64,000 bases of DNA. Origin: Octopus sinensis. Its lineage: Eukaryota. Both the position numbers and the translations under genes were made by a program. The stretch lies in NCBI RefSeq assembly GCF_006345805.1, contig NC_043007.1:11594001-11658000 (forward strand), written 5' to 3'. Each line of letters starts with the position of its first letter. The first letter of the stretch is position 1. Shown in pieces: positions 23,785 to 36,462 of this stretch. Under the pieces are notes generated by a model. It was given only the letters and a program-made list of their open reading frames with translations. It ran no database searches and was not told the origin of the DNA.

Positions 23785-24004
23785 AGGCGGCGAGCTGGCA
23801 GAAACGTTAGCGCGCTTAGCAGTATTTCGTTTGTCGTTACGTTCTGAGTTCAAATTCCGCCGAGGTCGACTTTACCTTTCATCCTTTCGGGGTCAGTAAA
23901 TAAAGTACCAGTTTCGCACTGGGGTCGATGTAATCGATTTAATCCCTTTGTCTGTCCTTGTTTGTCCCCTCTATGTTTAGCCCTTTGTGGGTAGTAAAGA
24001 AATA
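23785..24004 (+). mobile_element. SINE family B, full monomer
   Basis: ggcggcgagctggcagaaacgttagc to gggtagtaaagaaata. Confidence 0.9.
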
Positions 24005-24907
24005 TATATATGTATATATGTGTGTGCATCTGTATGTATGTATTCTGCATATTCATATGCTTGCATGTCCGCGTTTGTGTATTTTTTATGTATGTGTGTG
24101 TGAGCGTGTGTTTGTATATGTATGCACCTCTGTCTCTTTGTGTGCATGTCTGTGTGTGTGTGTATGTTTTACAACTATGTACCATGTTTGTATGTATGGA
24201 TGTGCATCTCTATATGTGTGGACCCGTGTTTCCATATGTGTCCTTGTGTGGAGTAAAGTGTGTGTGTATATATGGTCATGTGTTTCAGTCGCCATTTGCA
24301 TATGTGTGCTGGTCTGTTCATATAACCTATGTACCTATCCGTCTGTATGTTGATCTGTTTATTTTTATATCCATATGCTTATATACATGTGCATACACAC
24401 ACATACATACATCTATCTATATAACAGCCCACTAACTATTCTACTCTCAGTTATGACAATGATGGTTCCAGTTGATCCAGTCAACAGAATGGCTTGTTTA
24501 TGAAATTAATGTGCAAGTGACTGAGTACTCCACAGACTCACATACCCTCAATGTAGTTCTCAGGGAGATTCAGCATTACACAATGATAATGCAGGTACTA
24601 TACTTTTTTGTCAGCTGATTGAACTGGAGCAATATGAAATAAAGTGTCAAGGCCAACAGATTTAGAGGGAAGGGGGATAGTTGATTACATCAACCCCAGA
24701 AGTTAACTGGTACTTAATTTATTGACCCCGAAAGATGAAAGGCAAAGTTGACCTAGGGGATATTTCAACTTGGGGCTGATAATAATCCATTACATTGATC
24801 TCCAGTAGTTGACTGTTTTCTTATTTTAACAAACCCTTAACGAACCCAAAAGCATGAAAGACAAAATCAACCTTGGTGAGATTTGAACTCAGGGCAGAAG
24901 ATTTTAA

Positions 24908-25521
24908 CTTTACTACTCTAGGCACAAGGCCTGAAATTTTGAGGGAGTGGGGGGGAGCCAGTTGATTAGATCGACCCCAGTACTCAACTAGTACTTAATT
25001 TATCGACCCTGAAAGGATGAAAGGTAAAGTCGACTTCGGCGGAATTTGAATTCAGAACGTAAAGACAGACGAAATACCATTGAGCATTTCACTTGGCGTG
25101 CTAATGTTTCTTATTTCTTTATTGCCCACAAGGGGCTAAACATAGAGGGGACAAACAAGGAGAGACAAACGGATTAAGTCGATTATATCGACCCCAGTGT
25201 GCAAGTGATACTTAATTTATTGACCCCGAAAGGATGAAAGGCAATGTCGACCTCGGCGGAATTTGAACTCAGAACGTAACGGCTAACGAAATACCTATTC
25301 TTTACTACCCACAAGGGCTAAACACAGAAGGACAAACAAGGACAGACAATGGATTAAGTCGATTATATCGACCCCAGTGCGTAACTGGTACTTAATTTAA
25401 TCGACCCCGAAAGGATGAAAGGCAAAGTCAACCTCGGCGGAATTTGAACTCAGAACGTAAAGACACACGAAAAACCACTGAGCATATTGCCTGGCGTGCT
25501 AACAATTCTGCCAGCTCGCCG
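24908..25521 (-). mobile_element. SINE family B trimer
   Basis: Three consecutive bodies, each with the gtcgacctcggcggaatttgaactcagaac core. Confidence 0.85.
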
Positions 25522-25965
25522 AACTTTAAAATGTGGAACCAGCACAGACGTGAAATATAGCTGGATGTTTTAAAAGGTATGTCAAACTGGATGTTTTAAA
25601 AGGTATGTCAAACTCCCCAGTAGTTGACTGGTATCTTATTTTATCAAGCTCAAAAGGATGAAAGTCGATCTTAGTGAGATTTGAACTCAGAATATAAAAA
25701 AACTCAGAAGAAATGCAGCTCTATTAATGGCAATATATAATTGTTAGAGTGTAATAATTTGAGACAGGAATAGAGAATTGAGAGAAGGATGGGATGAACA
25801 TGAGCCAAATGTAATTCTTAAATGGCTTTCTAGGAGTGTTGCTGATGAATTAAAGCCTGATCTTTTACACTTGTAGCTTGATTGGGTACAACCCGCCCCC
25901 TGCTGTGTGTACTTTGTAAATCTATCCACTTTTTATTACCTTAATGCTCTCTTAAGTGCTCCAAT

Positions 25966-26472
25966 CACACACACACACACACACATATACACATACGTGT
26001 ATGTGTGTGTGTATTTACATGTATATATATATATACACATATATATATGTGTATGTATATATATTTCACATACATGCATATATATGTATATATATATATA
26101 TATGTATATATATGTATATGCATATATATGTATATATATGTATATGTATATATATGTATATGTATATATATGTATATACATATATATGTATGTATATATA
26201 TGTATATACATATATATGTATGTATATATATGTATATACATATATATGTATGTATATATATGTATATACATATATGTATGTATATATATGTATATACATA
26301 TATATGTATGTAATATATATGTATGTATATTATGTATGTATATATATGTATGTATATGTATGTATGTATATGTATGTATGTATATATCTATTATGTATGT
26401 ATTGTATGTATGTACTATATATATTGTATATATATTTGTATGTATATATATGTATTTGTATGTATATATATG

Positions 26473-26536
<64 letters not shown>

Positions 26537-26720
26537 TAGATACACACACACATATATATATACATGCTATATATATATATATATATAACACACACATATA
26601 TATACATGCACATATATATACATATATATACACATACACATCTATATATACATGTATGTATGTATGTATGTATGTATGTATGTATACACATGCTTGTGTA
26701 TGTGTGTGTGTGTAGATATA
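25966..26720. repeat. Long compound (TA)/(TG)/(TATG) microsatellite
   Basis: Seen directly; source of the Y/I/M/C-rich spurious ORFs. Confidence 0.95.
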
Positions 26721-27467
26721 CATGAGCAATGTTTTCCTCACTTGTGGTGGGTGTATATAACATATAAAACCACCAAGGATATCTGTTTTTTTGGGGTTTT
26801 TAAAAAAATTTTTACTTTACTAAATCTTTTGTTTACGTTCGAAAACACTAAATACCGCATTTGCTCTGAAACCTTTCCCATAGACTTTCCCTCCCATTTT
26901 GTCTCTTTTCTCCAGATATACCCATAACTTCTGTTACCATTTTTTCTTCTTTTCCCTTTTTTGACATGAACGATAAATTCTAAAATAAGAAATAAAAAAA
27001 AAAAATAATAATAATAAATATCATCATACTGAAATTAAAAAATACAAGAATTTTTTTTGTTTTTAAGACAGTAATTTTTGCACGTTTCTTTAGTTTGTTC
27101 TTTCTTCCTGCGTGATCTGTTTTTCAACCTAAATTGGATTGCGTGCTGAGTAAAAATTCTCTTTTCTCCTTCGTGGATGTCTTGGTGACGGTGCCGCCAT
27201 CATAGTTCTTTGTTTGTTTTGTCGTCGTTTTTTTTTTTTTTGGTTTTGTTCTTTCTCTGCTACTAATTCAATGAAGTCTTAAAATAGTTTACAGCAACTA
27301 TTTCAGGGATTCAACAATAACAATGATGGTAATAATTATATAAGTATACACATATTTAAACATACACACATACACACACACACACACACAAACACACATA
27401 TATATATACACACATCTATCTATCTATCTATCTATCTATCCATCCATCTATATGTACACATATATTG

Positions 27468-27894
27468 TGTAGGAGTGGCTGTGTGCTAAGTAGTTTGCTT
27501 ACCAACCACATGGTTCCGGGTTCAGTACCACTGCGTGGCACCTTTGGCAAGTGTCTTCTACTATAGCCTCAGGCCGACCAAAGCCTTGTGATTGGATTTG
27601 GTAGAAGGAAACTGAAAGAAGACCACCGTATATATATATATATATATATAGATAGATAGATAGATATACATATGTGTGTACGAGTGTGTGTGTGCGTTTT
27701 TAGTTTGTGTCCCCTCAACATCGCTTGACAACCGATGCTGGTGTGTTTACGTCCCCGTAACATAGCGGTTCGGCAAAGAGACCGATAGAATAAGTACTAG
27801 GCTTACGAAGAATAATTCCTGGGGCCGATTTGCTCGACTAAAGGCGGTGCTCCAGCATGGCCACAGCCAAATGACTGAAACAAGTAAAAGAGTA
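27468..27894 (+). mobile_element. SINE family A, full length
   Basis: Head, microsatellite and tail present. Confidence 0.9.
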
Positions 27895-27942
27895 AATATA
27901 CATAAGTACATATAAACATATATGTATGCCTTTCTCACTTTG

Positions 27943-27973
<31 letters not shown>

Positions 27974-28033
27974 TTATATATATATATATATATATATACA
28001 TAATTACATTTAAACATATATGTATGCCTGTCT

Positions 28034-28074
<41 letters not shown>

Positions 28075-28105
28075 ATTACATTTAAACATATATGTATGCC
28101 TGTCT

Positions 28106-28150
<45 letters not shown>

Positions 28151-28515
28151 ATTACATTTAAATATATATGTATGCCTGTCTCCCTATGTATATATATATA
28201 TATATATGTATAAATTCTTTGTGTATTGTTTTTTCCTTGTTTTCTCAAGCTTAGTAATTTATTAAATATTTACATTCCATTTTAAAAATATTATTTGTAA
28301 TTACTTTTTCAAATATAACGTTTACTTATAAAAGTTGAAAGCATTTTTGTTCCCTGCTTTATTTTTCTCTATTTAAATACTTGCTCTCACTCTATTCTTC
28401 TTAAATGATTATGTGTGACAACAATAATTATTATCGTCGTTGTATTGTATCAATATTTCTCTATCTTTTTATAACTCCCCGCCCTTTCCCCACCTCCACA
28501 CTATTTCCACTTCAG

Positions 28516-28572
28516 GATGTTCCCCTATTGCTATATAGATCTCGCTCTTTCTCTGAAGCTATTTTACACAAT
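28516..28572 (+). other. Candidate 57-nt exon
   Basis: First AG after an AG-free pyrimidine-rich stretch of about 170 nt (ccacttcag); donor AAT|gtgatt; open in phase 0 (DVPLLLYRSRSFSEAILHN) and phase 2. Confidence 0.2.
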
Positions 28573-29025
28573 GTGATTTGAGAGAATTCCGACTTAATTC
28601 TTTTAGAGATACAGATAAGGGAGAAAACATAAAGTTAATTCACCCGACATCAAAATATATTCCACAGTATATAATAAACAGTTGAAATCTGAAAAGAAAA
28701 AAAAATAATCAATAATAATTAATATTGATTGGCTAAATCATATAAAGTAAATTACATTAACAAGAAAAATATAGGCCTTTCATATATCTACCCCTGTGGG
28801 AATTTCTCTCAAACAAATTTTCATTTCCCAAATCTCACAAACAAAGTTAGCAGACCTCCACAGGTCTATGAAACCAAAGCTTGTAGGACGCTGTGCTTGA
28901 CTTTTAAGCCAAAGGGCGTTGCTACCACTGCTGCTATTGCTGTTGTTGTTATTGTTGGTCTATGATCAAAGGTATTCCATCTTTTCTACAGATAGTATAC
29001 ACAGGACTAGATAGTATACATAAGA

Positions 29026-29360
29026 AGGTGCATGGCTCAGTGGTTAGAACATTGGGCTAGAACAATCATGAGGTAGTGGGTTCAATTTCCAGATTGGGTT
29101 CTGCATTTTGTTCTTGAGCGAGACACTTTATTTCACGTTGCTCCAGTTTCCTCAGCTGTAGAAATGAGTTGCAACGTCACTGGTGCCAAGATGTATCGGC
29201 TTTTGCCTTTCCCTTGGATAACACTGGTGGCGTGGAGAGGTGAGTCTGGTAAGTACGGACGATTGCTGACCTTCCATAAACAATCTTGATCAGACTTGTG
29301 CCTCAGAGGGGAACTTTCTCGGTGCAATCCCATGGTCGTACATGACCAAAGGGCATCCTT
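29026..29360 (+). mobile_element. SINE family D
   Basis: tRNA-like head TGGCTCAGTGG / GGTTCAATTTCC; inverted homologue at 29835-30185. Confidence 0.75.
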
Positions 29361-29834
29361 CTATATGTTGGACTATATTATCCTCTGTTAGCTTTTTGGT
29401 TTTTCTTCTTTTTTTTTTTACTTTTGTTTAATTCACAGTAAACAGTGGGATAGCCACATATCATCACTTTAGCAAGAGATCTCTATCGTACTTCAGCCTT
29501 TCAAAACCTGGCATAAATACTCCAAAAATACTCTTTCAAGACAGAAAAAGAACAGGTTTTTCCTTTTTCTTTTTCAGTTTTACATGTTACTTGGTGACCT
29601 CACACAGGCTGGTGGCCCGAAAAGTAAAAAAAAAAAAAAATTTGACATTCAGTATACACTGTAAAGCAGTTGGCATATTATGAAGGGCATCTAGTCACTC
29701 AAACCATACCAAAGATGATATTTGAAGCTTGATGTTGCTCTGCAGCATGCCAGATCCTGTCAAATCATTTAACCCATACCAGTTTGGAAAAAGGACGTTA
29801 AATAATGATGATGAAGATGACAATGATGTTGTTA

Positions 29835-30185
29835 TCTTGTGATGTAAAGGGTAAAGGCCCCGCTTCTGTCATGAATAACCATGGGATTGGACTTAGAAAG
29901 TTACCCTCCAAATCCAGGCAAGGTTGTTTATGGAAGACCAGCAATCACCCATGCATGCATACCAGACTCTCCTCTCCACACCACTGATGTTATCCAAGGG
30001 ATATGGCAAAAGCTAATACAGCTTGACACCAGTGACATCACAGCTCATTTCTACAGCTGAGTGAAGTGGAGCAACATGAAAATAAAGTGCATTGCTTAAG
30101 AACACAACACAGCCCTGTCTTGGAATTGAACTCACTACCTCATGATCGCGAGCTCAATACTCTAACGACTAAGCCATGCACCTTC
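29835..30185 (-). mobile_element. SINE family D (inverted relative to 29026-29360)
   Basis: Reverse-complement similarity along most of its length. Confidence 0.75.
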
Positions 30186-30220
30186 ATTTTGCAATGTTAC
30201 ATACAACATTCAACCTTTTT

Positions 30221-30605
30221 CAGTCTTTAGACTGCGGCCATGCTGGAGCAGCGCCTTCAGTCGAGGAAATCGACCCCAGGACTTATTCTTTGTAAGCCTA
30301 GTACTTATTCTATTGGTCTTTTTTGCCGAACCGCTAAGTTACTGGGATGTAAACACACTGGCATCGGTTGTCAAGCGATGTTGGTGGGGACAAACACAAA
30401 CGCACAAACACACACACATATATATATACATATACATATATACGACGGGCTTCTTTCAGTTTCCATCTACCAAATCCACTCACAAGGCTTTGGTCGGCTT
30501 GAGACTATAGTAGAAGACACCTGCCCAAGGTGCCATGCAGTGGGACTGAACCCGGAAGCATGTGGCTGGTAAGCAAGCTACTTACCACACTGCCACTCCT
30601 GCACC
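30221..30605 (-). mobile_element. SINE family A
   Basis: Near full-length reverse-complement copy. Confidence 0.9.
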
Positions 30606-31119
30606 TTGTAACTTTTTTTAAAGATACCGTATTAACTTGTGTCTCTTTCATATTTTGAATCTAGAGATTACAGTAATTTAAATTCTTTGTTGCAAATTTG
30701 TTTTTCCTTATCTCCAGCCAGGCTACTTCATATTAGATATTATTGATAAACAGTCTGTACAGCATGATTATAAAAGTACTTTATATAATGGTGTGAAATA
30801 GATACTCTAAATTAGATCATTCTCGTTAAGATTGAAGAAGCATTGTAATTATCTTTTAGAAATATTTTCAATTTTATTTCAATGTGTTTTCCACAAGAAT
30901 CACTGAAACCATTGCTTAATTTAGTTCACTTATTACTTTTTCAATTATCTATTTTAATGTTGATTATTAAACAAAAACATTGCATTGTTTTGTTTTTGTG
31001 TTTGGTTTGAAAGATTCTTGATATGAACTCGTGTATTGAAACAGATTTTGTTGCATCTTGGGAGTGTCAGTGTACCAATAATAAACACATGCCCTGATTC
31101 TATTTCGCTTCTTTGCTGC

Positions 31120-31560
31120 ATAAAAACCACCCTTGCTGGTGGCACGTTTTAAAACACCCTTGCTGGTGCCATGTTTTAAAGCAACCATACTGGTTCCACG
31201 TTTTAAAGTACCCTTGCTGGTGTCAAATTTTAAAACACCTGTACTGTTGTCACGTTTTAAAGCACCTTTGCTGGTTCCACATTTTAGAGCACCCTTGCTG
31301 GTGTCATATTTTTAAAACACCTGTACTGGTGTCACATTTTAAAGCACCTGTGCTGGTGCCACATTTTAAAGCACACTTGCTGGTGCCATGTTTTAAAGCA
31401 CCCATGTTGGTTCCACATTTTAAAAATCCTTGCTGGTTCCACATTTTAAAGCACCTGTGCTGGTTGCACATTTTAAAGTACCCATGCTAGTGTCACATTT
31501 TAAAGCAGTCATGCAAGTGCTATGTTTTAAAGCACCTATGCTGGTGCCATGTAAAAATCA
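31120..31560 (+). repeat. 27-bp minisatellite (about 16 units) inside a family E element
   Basis: Unit aaagcacctgtgctggtgccacatttt; runs into the E body and (GAT)n tail ending at about 31730. Confidence 0.9.
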
Positions 31561-32532
31561 CCCTGGACATTCTGTAAAGTAATTGGCATTAGGAAGAGCA
31601 TCCAACCATAGAACCCACTCCAAAACAGATAATTGGAGCTTGGTGCTGCTTGCTTGCTGGCTGGCCGGCTCCTGTCAAACTTATGGCAGTATGAAAAGCA
31701 GTAGTTAAATGATGATGCTGATGATGATGAATCGGTTAATCATTTAATTAATTAACTCTCATCATTTGTTTGATTAATCGCTCAGTCAATCAATCTACCA
31801 GGTTTGTCAAAATCCTTCTGTTACCATTCACGACCTCGGACCTGGTGTAGAGAGGGCATGTCATCAATGAGGTCACAAACTGTGACACAAGGACTTCAAC
31901 AAACCAAGCTGATCGATTGATTGATTAATCAAACACTCTAACCAAGTGACTAATAATAATAAAAGAAGTGAAATACAACCAGTGCATGTGTTTATTACTG
32001 GCATAATGACCCACCTGAGATACAACAAAAAATTGTATAATGTGTCATTTGTGCTATTGCAACCATTATAGTCATCATTACCGTCACTATTGTCAACATA
32101 TATTTTTTCAAGGGTTTGTTTATGAAAGACAGAACAGGGCACAAGACCAGGGTCCATATAAGATTTTGTTGTTAAAATTTGTCTGAAATAAATTGGTTAC
32201 ACTTTTACATTACACAAAATGTTCTATTTTTTTTTTAACAATTCCTAATAATATTCAGTTATAAAATAGTATCCAGTTTTTTATATATGCATCAAATGGC
32301 GATTGAGGTCCAACAGAATAAAATAGAAATGAAAGGGGCCCATAGGTAAAAAATGGTCAAGAATCATTGATATAAGGGGAAAAAAGAAGTTTTTAAAGTA
32401 CAATTGTTTAATCTTTTGATTTAATGTCTTCCTCGTTTCCTCTCTCCCTCTAAGTTCAACTCCCAGCATACATCACCTTTCTCACTCTACTTGCATTAAC
32501 ATCATGCAGGCACCTTATCTGTCTTTATTATG

Positions 32533-32975
32533 TGGCGATCTGGCAGAAACGTTAGCACACCGGGTGAGATGCTTAGCGGTATTTTGTCTACCGCTACGTT
32601 CTGAGTTCAAATTCCGCCGAGGTCAATTTTGCCTTTCATCCTTTCGGGGTCGATTAAATAAGTACCATTTAGGCACTGGGGTCGATATAATCGATGTAAT
32701 CCGTTTGTCTGCCTTTGTTTGTCCCCTCTGTGTTTAGCCTCTTGTGGGTAATAAAGAAATAGGCAGTGAGCTGGCAGAATCATTAGCACGCTGGGCAAAA
32801 TGCTTAACAGTATTTCACCCATCACTAAGTTTTGAGTTCAAATTCTGCCAAGGTTGACTTTACCTTTTGTCCTTTCAGGGTTGATAAAATAAATATAAAT
32901 TGAGTATTTGGGTCAGTGGAATCAACTTACCCCACTCTCCGAGCTTGCTGGCATTGTGCCAAAATTTAAAACCAA
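32533..32975 (+). mobile_element. Two adjacent SINE B copies
   Basis: Long-tail copy 32533-32762 followed by a short-tail copy. Confidence 0.8.
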
Positions 32976-34158
32976 TAATAATCATGTCTATGACGCCGAC
33001 CCACTGGCACAATTTTTTTTTCTTAATTCTGATGCTTTTTATTTTGCTTGGAAATAAAATATAAATAAATCTGCAATGAAAGGACTATATAATGCCAGGA
33101 TTAATGAATAAGAACATTTTTTTTTATATAGTTGTTTACAGCTTTTTTCTTTTTTTTTTTTAACATCTGCTGTGTAATTTTGGTGTTTGTTGAAAACTAC
33201 AAAAGACATGTCAAATACAAACACACTTATTACCAATCATTAAATTAATGATGACATCAAGTTTGAACGAGGGTAGGCAACCACAGAGGAGACAGCGGGG
33301 GGCATGATGGGGGGGGGGACGTGTTGCATGAGGTCATTCAAATCTGTTAATTTGCTTTATATTTATTTATCTTTTTTCTTATATTTGTTTTTTCCTATTT
33401 AGACATTTCATTTCACATTTGATACCACCAAAAAAATAATAAAAAAGAACCAAAAAAAAACAGTGAAGCAAAAACAGAGCCAGAATAGAAACAGAATTAT
33501 TGGCATAAATGGCTCAAAGAATTTTCCTCTTTGTAATGTCTGTCTAAATTGTGTGTAAAACAGGAAGAATATTGCTGTTAGTTCTGCAAGAATTGTATTG
33601 TGAAGGTGGGGGGTGGGGGCAGAAGTGGAATTGTCAGTATGGTTTATCAGACAAAAAAAGGTAAATAAACAGCAGAATAAAATCTCTAATAAAAGACCTA
33701 CACATATTTACCTAATGCTTAATTCACAGTATTTTGGTTTAAAAGCAAAAACAGTTCATTCTACCACCCCCACCCCCACCACCCTGACTCTGATTCCGAC
33801 CCCCACCCCCACCATCTTTTATTTTTGTCATATACATTAATGTAATCAGATGTCTCTTCAACATTATCATGATCGTTACCACCACTACCACCACCACCAT
33901 CACTATTACCACCACTACCATCACCATTGCCACCACCATCATTTCCATCACCACCATCACCACCACCATCGCCATTGCCTCCGTCACTATCATAATATTA
34001 TGTTGTTAGAGAAACTTTGAGATATATTTTAATGGTAATAATTATTTGGCATTCCACACCTTTACATTCTGAGTTCAAATTCCGCTGAGGTCGACTATGC
34101 CTTTCATTATTTACATTATTTACATTGGACGGATATTTGTCCTCATCTTGTTTGTTGT

Positions 34159-34207
34159 TACCACAACGTTTCGGCAGATTTACTCTCCAGCCTTCATCAG
34201 GTGTCCC
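34159..34207 (-). ncRNA. Minimal type I hammerhead ribozyme motif
   Basis: GACAC CTGATGA A GGCTG gagagtaaat CTGCC GAAACGTT GTGGT: helix I CAC/GTG, helix II with one mismatch, palindromic AACGTT helix III. Confidence 0.7.
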
Positions 34208-34821
34208 GGTAGAATTGTACACCCAACCCTAGGCTCTCATTCCTAAGGTATTTTTTTGCTGATGTTATTATTATTATTATTATTATTGAGACATGGCCAA
34301 CCTCACACACTTCTCATGGGGAATTCTGGCAGGAGCATCGTGAAACCACTGCTGAGACACTTCCAAAAAATAAAAAAAGAAAAGCCATTAGAAAACCGAT
34401 TATGGCAACGACTCCATCTAAGAATATCTGGAGAAGGAATATTATTCCAAAATATCATATCAGACTATGGATGACTAAATTACAACAGGTATATAACCCA
34501 TTACCTGTATTATAGTGCATTGTTGTACCATTCAAAATTTTTTATTCTTTACAAACAATATACAATGCTTCAAGTGAACTACAATACTCTCCTATTATTA
34601 TATTATTATTATTATTATTATTAGTTCAAGGCACTGCCTGGAATTGAACTCACAATCATGGGGTTAGTAGCCCGTGCTCTTAACCCTTATGCTATATGCC
34701 CCGTGGGCTACTAACCCCAAGATTGTGAGTTCAATTCCAGGCAGTGCCTTTAATAAATGATAACATCAGCAAAAAATTACCGTAGGAACGAGAACCCAGG
34801 GTTGGGTTCAAAATTCTACCA

Positions 34822-34866
34822 GGACACCTGATGAAGGCTGGAGAATAAATCAGCCGAAACGTTGTA
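34822..34866 (+). ncRNA. Minimal type I hammerhead ribozyme motif
   Basis: CTGATGA at 34828-34834, perfect helix II GGCTG/CAGCC, GAAACGTT; helix I reduced to 2 bp in this copy. Confidence 0.7.
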
Positions 34867-35283
34867 ACAACACACAAGATGAGGACACATATCTGTCCAA
34901 TTTAAATAATGTAAATAATGCACAAAATTCCTCATCTCTAAAATATAGAACAGAATCAGTCACTTCGGTATGATGTATCTATCAACTAGAGTTACACTGA
35001 ACTAGGCTTCCAAATTCAACCATCACAGTGATTAGCTTTAAAATCTGTAAACTTCATAAAGCCATTAAGTTATAGCTGATGCATTCTTATCTGCTTGTTG
35101 TACATAATAATGGATTAATAGCTAGATTTATGTTCCATCAAAATTCAGTCGTACGGTGTTACCAGCAATAACAGATCATAAATCACATTTCTTGTTACAT
35201 ATACAGTATGTATTATATATTGCGTCGTATGTATGTATATAAGTACATAGTGTGTTTACATTTTATTGATTTATTTTGATGAG

Positions 35284-35304
35284 GCTCGAAGCCAATATTT
35301 GCAG
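35284..35304 (+). other. Candidate 21-nt microexon
   Basis: T-rich tract, gatgag|GCTCGAAGCCAATATTTGCAG|gtaagg (strong donor, weak GAG acceptor); open in all phases. Confidence 0.35.
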
Positions 35305-35400
35305 GTAAGGAATGCTATTGTAGGGATTATCTTCCGCATATCACTAGTATTACTTTATGGAACACCAAATGCATGGAATATAATGCTAATTTTGGTTTAT

Positions 35401-35804
35401 TACTCTCTTTACTCTTTTACTTGTTTCAGTCATTTTGATTGCGGCCATGCTGGAGCACCGCCTTTTAGTCAAGCAAATCGACCCCAGGACTTATTCTTTG
35501 TGAGCCTAGTACTTATTCTATCGGTCTCTTTTGCCAAACTGCTAAGTTACGGGGGTCGTCAACACACCATCATCGGTTGTCAAGCAATGTTGGGGGGACA
35601 AACACAGACACACTAACACACACATACACATACATATATATGATGGGCTTCTTTCAGTTTCTGTCTACCAAATCCACTCACAAGGCTTTGGTTGGCCGGA
35701 GGCTATAGTAGAAGACACATGCCCAAGGTGCCACGCAGTGGAACTGAACCCGGAATCATGTGGTTAGTAAGCAGGCTATTTACCACACAGCTACTCCTGT
35801 GCCT
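35401..35804 (-). mobile_element. SINE family A, full length
   Basis: Reverse-complement copy. Confidence 0.9.
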
Positions 35805-36234
35805 GTTGAAAATTGAAACCAAATTTGTATGATTCAAACTAAATTGAAATTAACAGTGTATCAAATCTTTTGTTGTCATGTTTTTGTTAAAATACATACA
35901 CTGCTGTTCTTTCAATTAATTTTAAAAATCGTGAACAAATTACAAAATAACTTTGTCATTATTTAGCTGGAGTTTAGAACATAAATTAACATAAAATTTT
36001 GATGGAAGGTTTTCTGTTTCTTTTAAAAAATTAGATCACTTTAAAGCAGTTAAGTTCGTGTCATAAAACCAGGGAAGATATTGGGCAGGTTGATGTCAAA
36101 AATGTGTTAAAACCTGTGCACCGTTGTTTCCACCCAATACCCACATCACTTTAGTAAATTTACTGCCTATTTATTTCAGAAGGTGGATCCTTTTGATAAA
36201 GAAAAACAAAACCATTTGACAAAGTGTGGCCTTA

Positions 36235-36462
36235 TAATCCCTTTCATTACCAACCCGGATGAAACCGGCTCTGGCTCTGTAGTACAAATGTCTTGTTTTC
36301 ATAAGTATTGATTTAAAATCTTCTACCAAACCTTAGTCCCAATTTATGTTCCTAACACTAGCTTAATGATAACTAAATTATTTTACTAAATTCTTTGTTA
36401 TATTTACAGTAATTGAAAGAAACACCGAGTATCTCAAAATAAATAAGGTAACGAAAGGGTTA
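36235..36462 (-). mobile_element. piggyBac-like MITE, subfamily 1
   Basis: Homologous to 10840-11067; ends ACGAAAGGGTTA. Confidence 0.8.

Larger units (their letters stand above)
34105..34953. mobile_element. Fold-back retroelement: tRNA-like head plus hammerhead-bearing tail in two inverted copies (Penelope/retrozyme-like)
   Basis: Outer arms about 34105-34270 / 34760-34920 and inner arms about 34628-34673 / 34705-34750; a CTGATGA..GAAAC motif in each outer arm. Confidence 0.8.

Noticed and set aside
25907-26763. Long Y/I/M/C/V-rich ORFs (also at 38.9-40.3, 44.1-45.1, 50.7-51.5 and 59.5-60.4 kb)
   Set aside because: Translations of dinucleotide microsatellites that lack stop codons in several frames on both strands.
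28644-28688. Minus-strand 45-nt exon candidate (ttttcag..CGG|gtgaat); also minus-strand sites at about 11930 and 39773
   Set aside because: No coherent minus-strand model; kept as a warning that exon-like patterns arise by chance on either strand.
31113-31490. 125-aa His/Cys/Trp repeat protein
   Set aside because: Minisatellite within a SINE-like element; no ATG start and frame-shifting indels.
31120-31560. CRISPR-like periodicity
   Set aside because: Units are contiguous with no unique spacers, and the DNA is eukaryotic.
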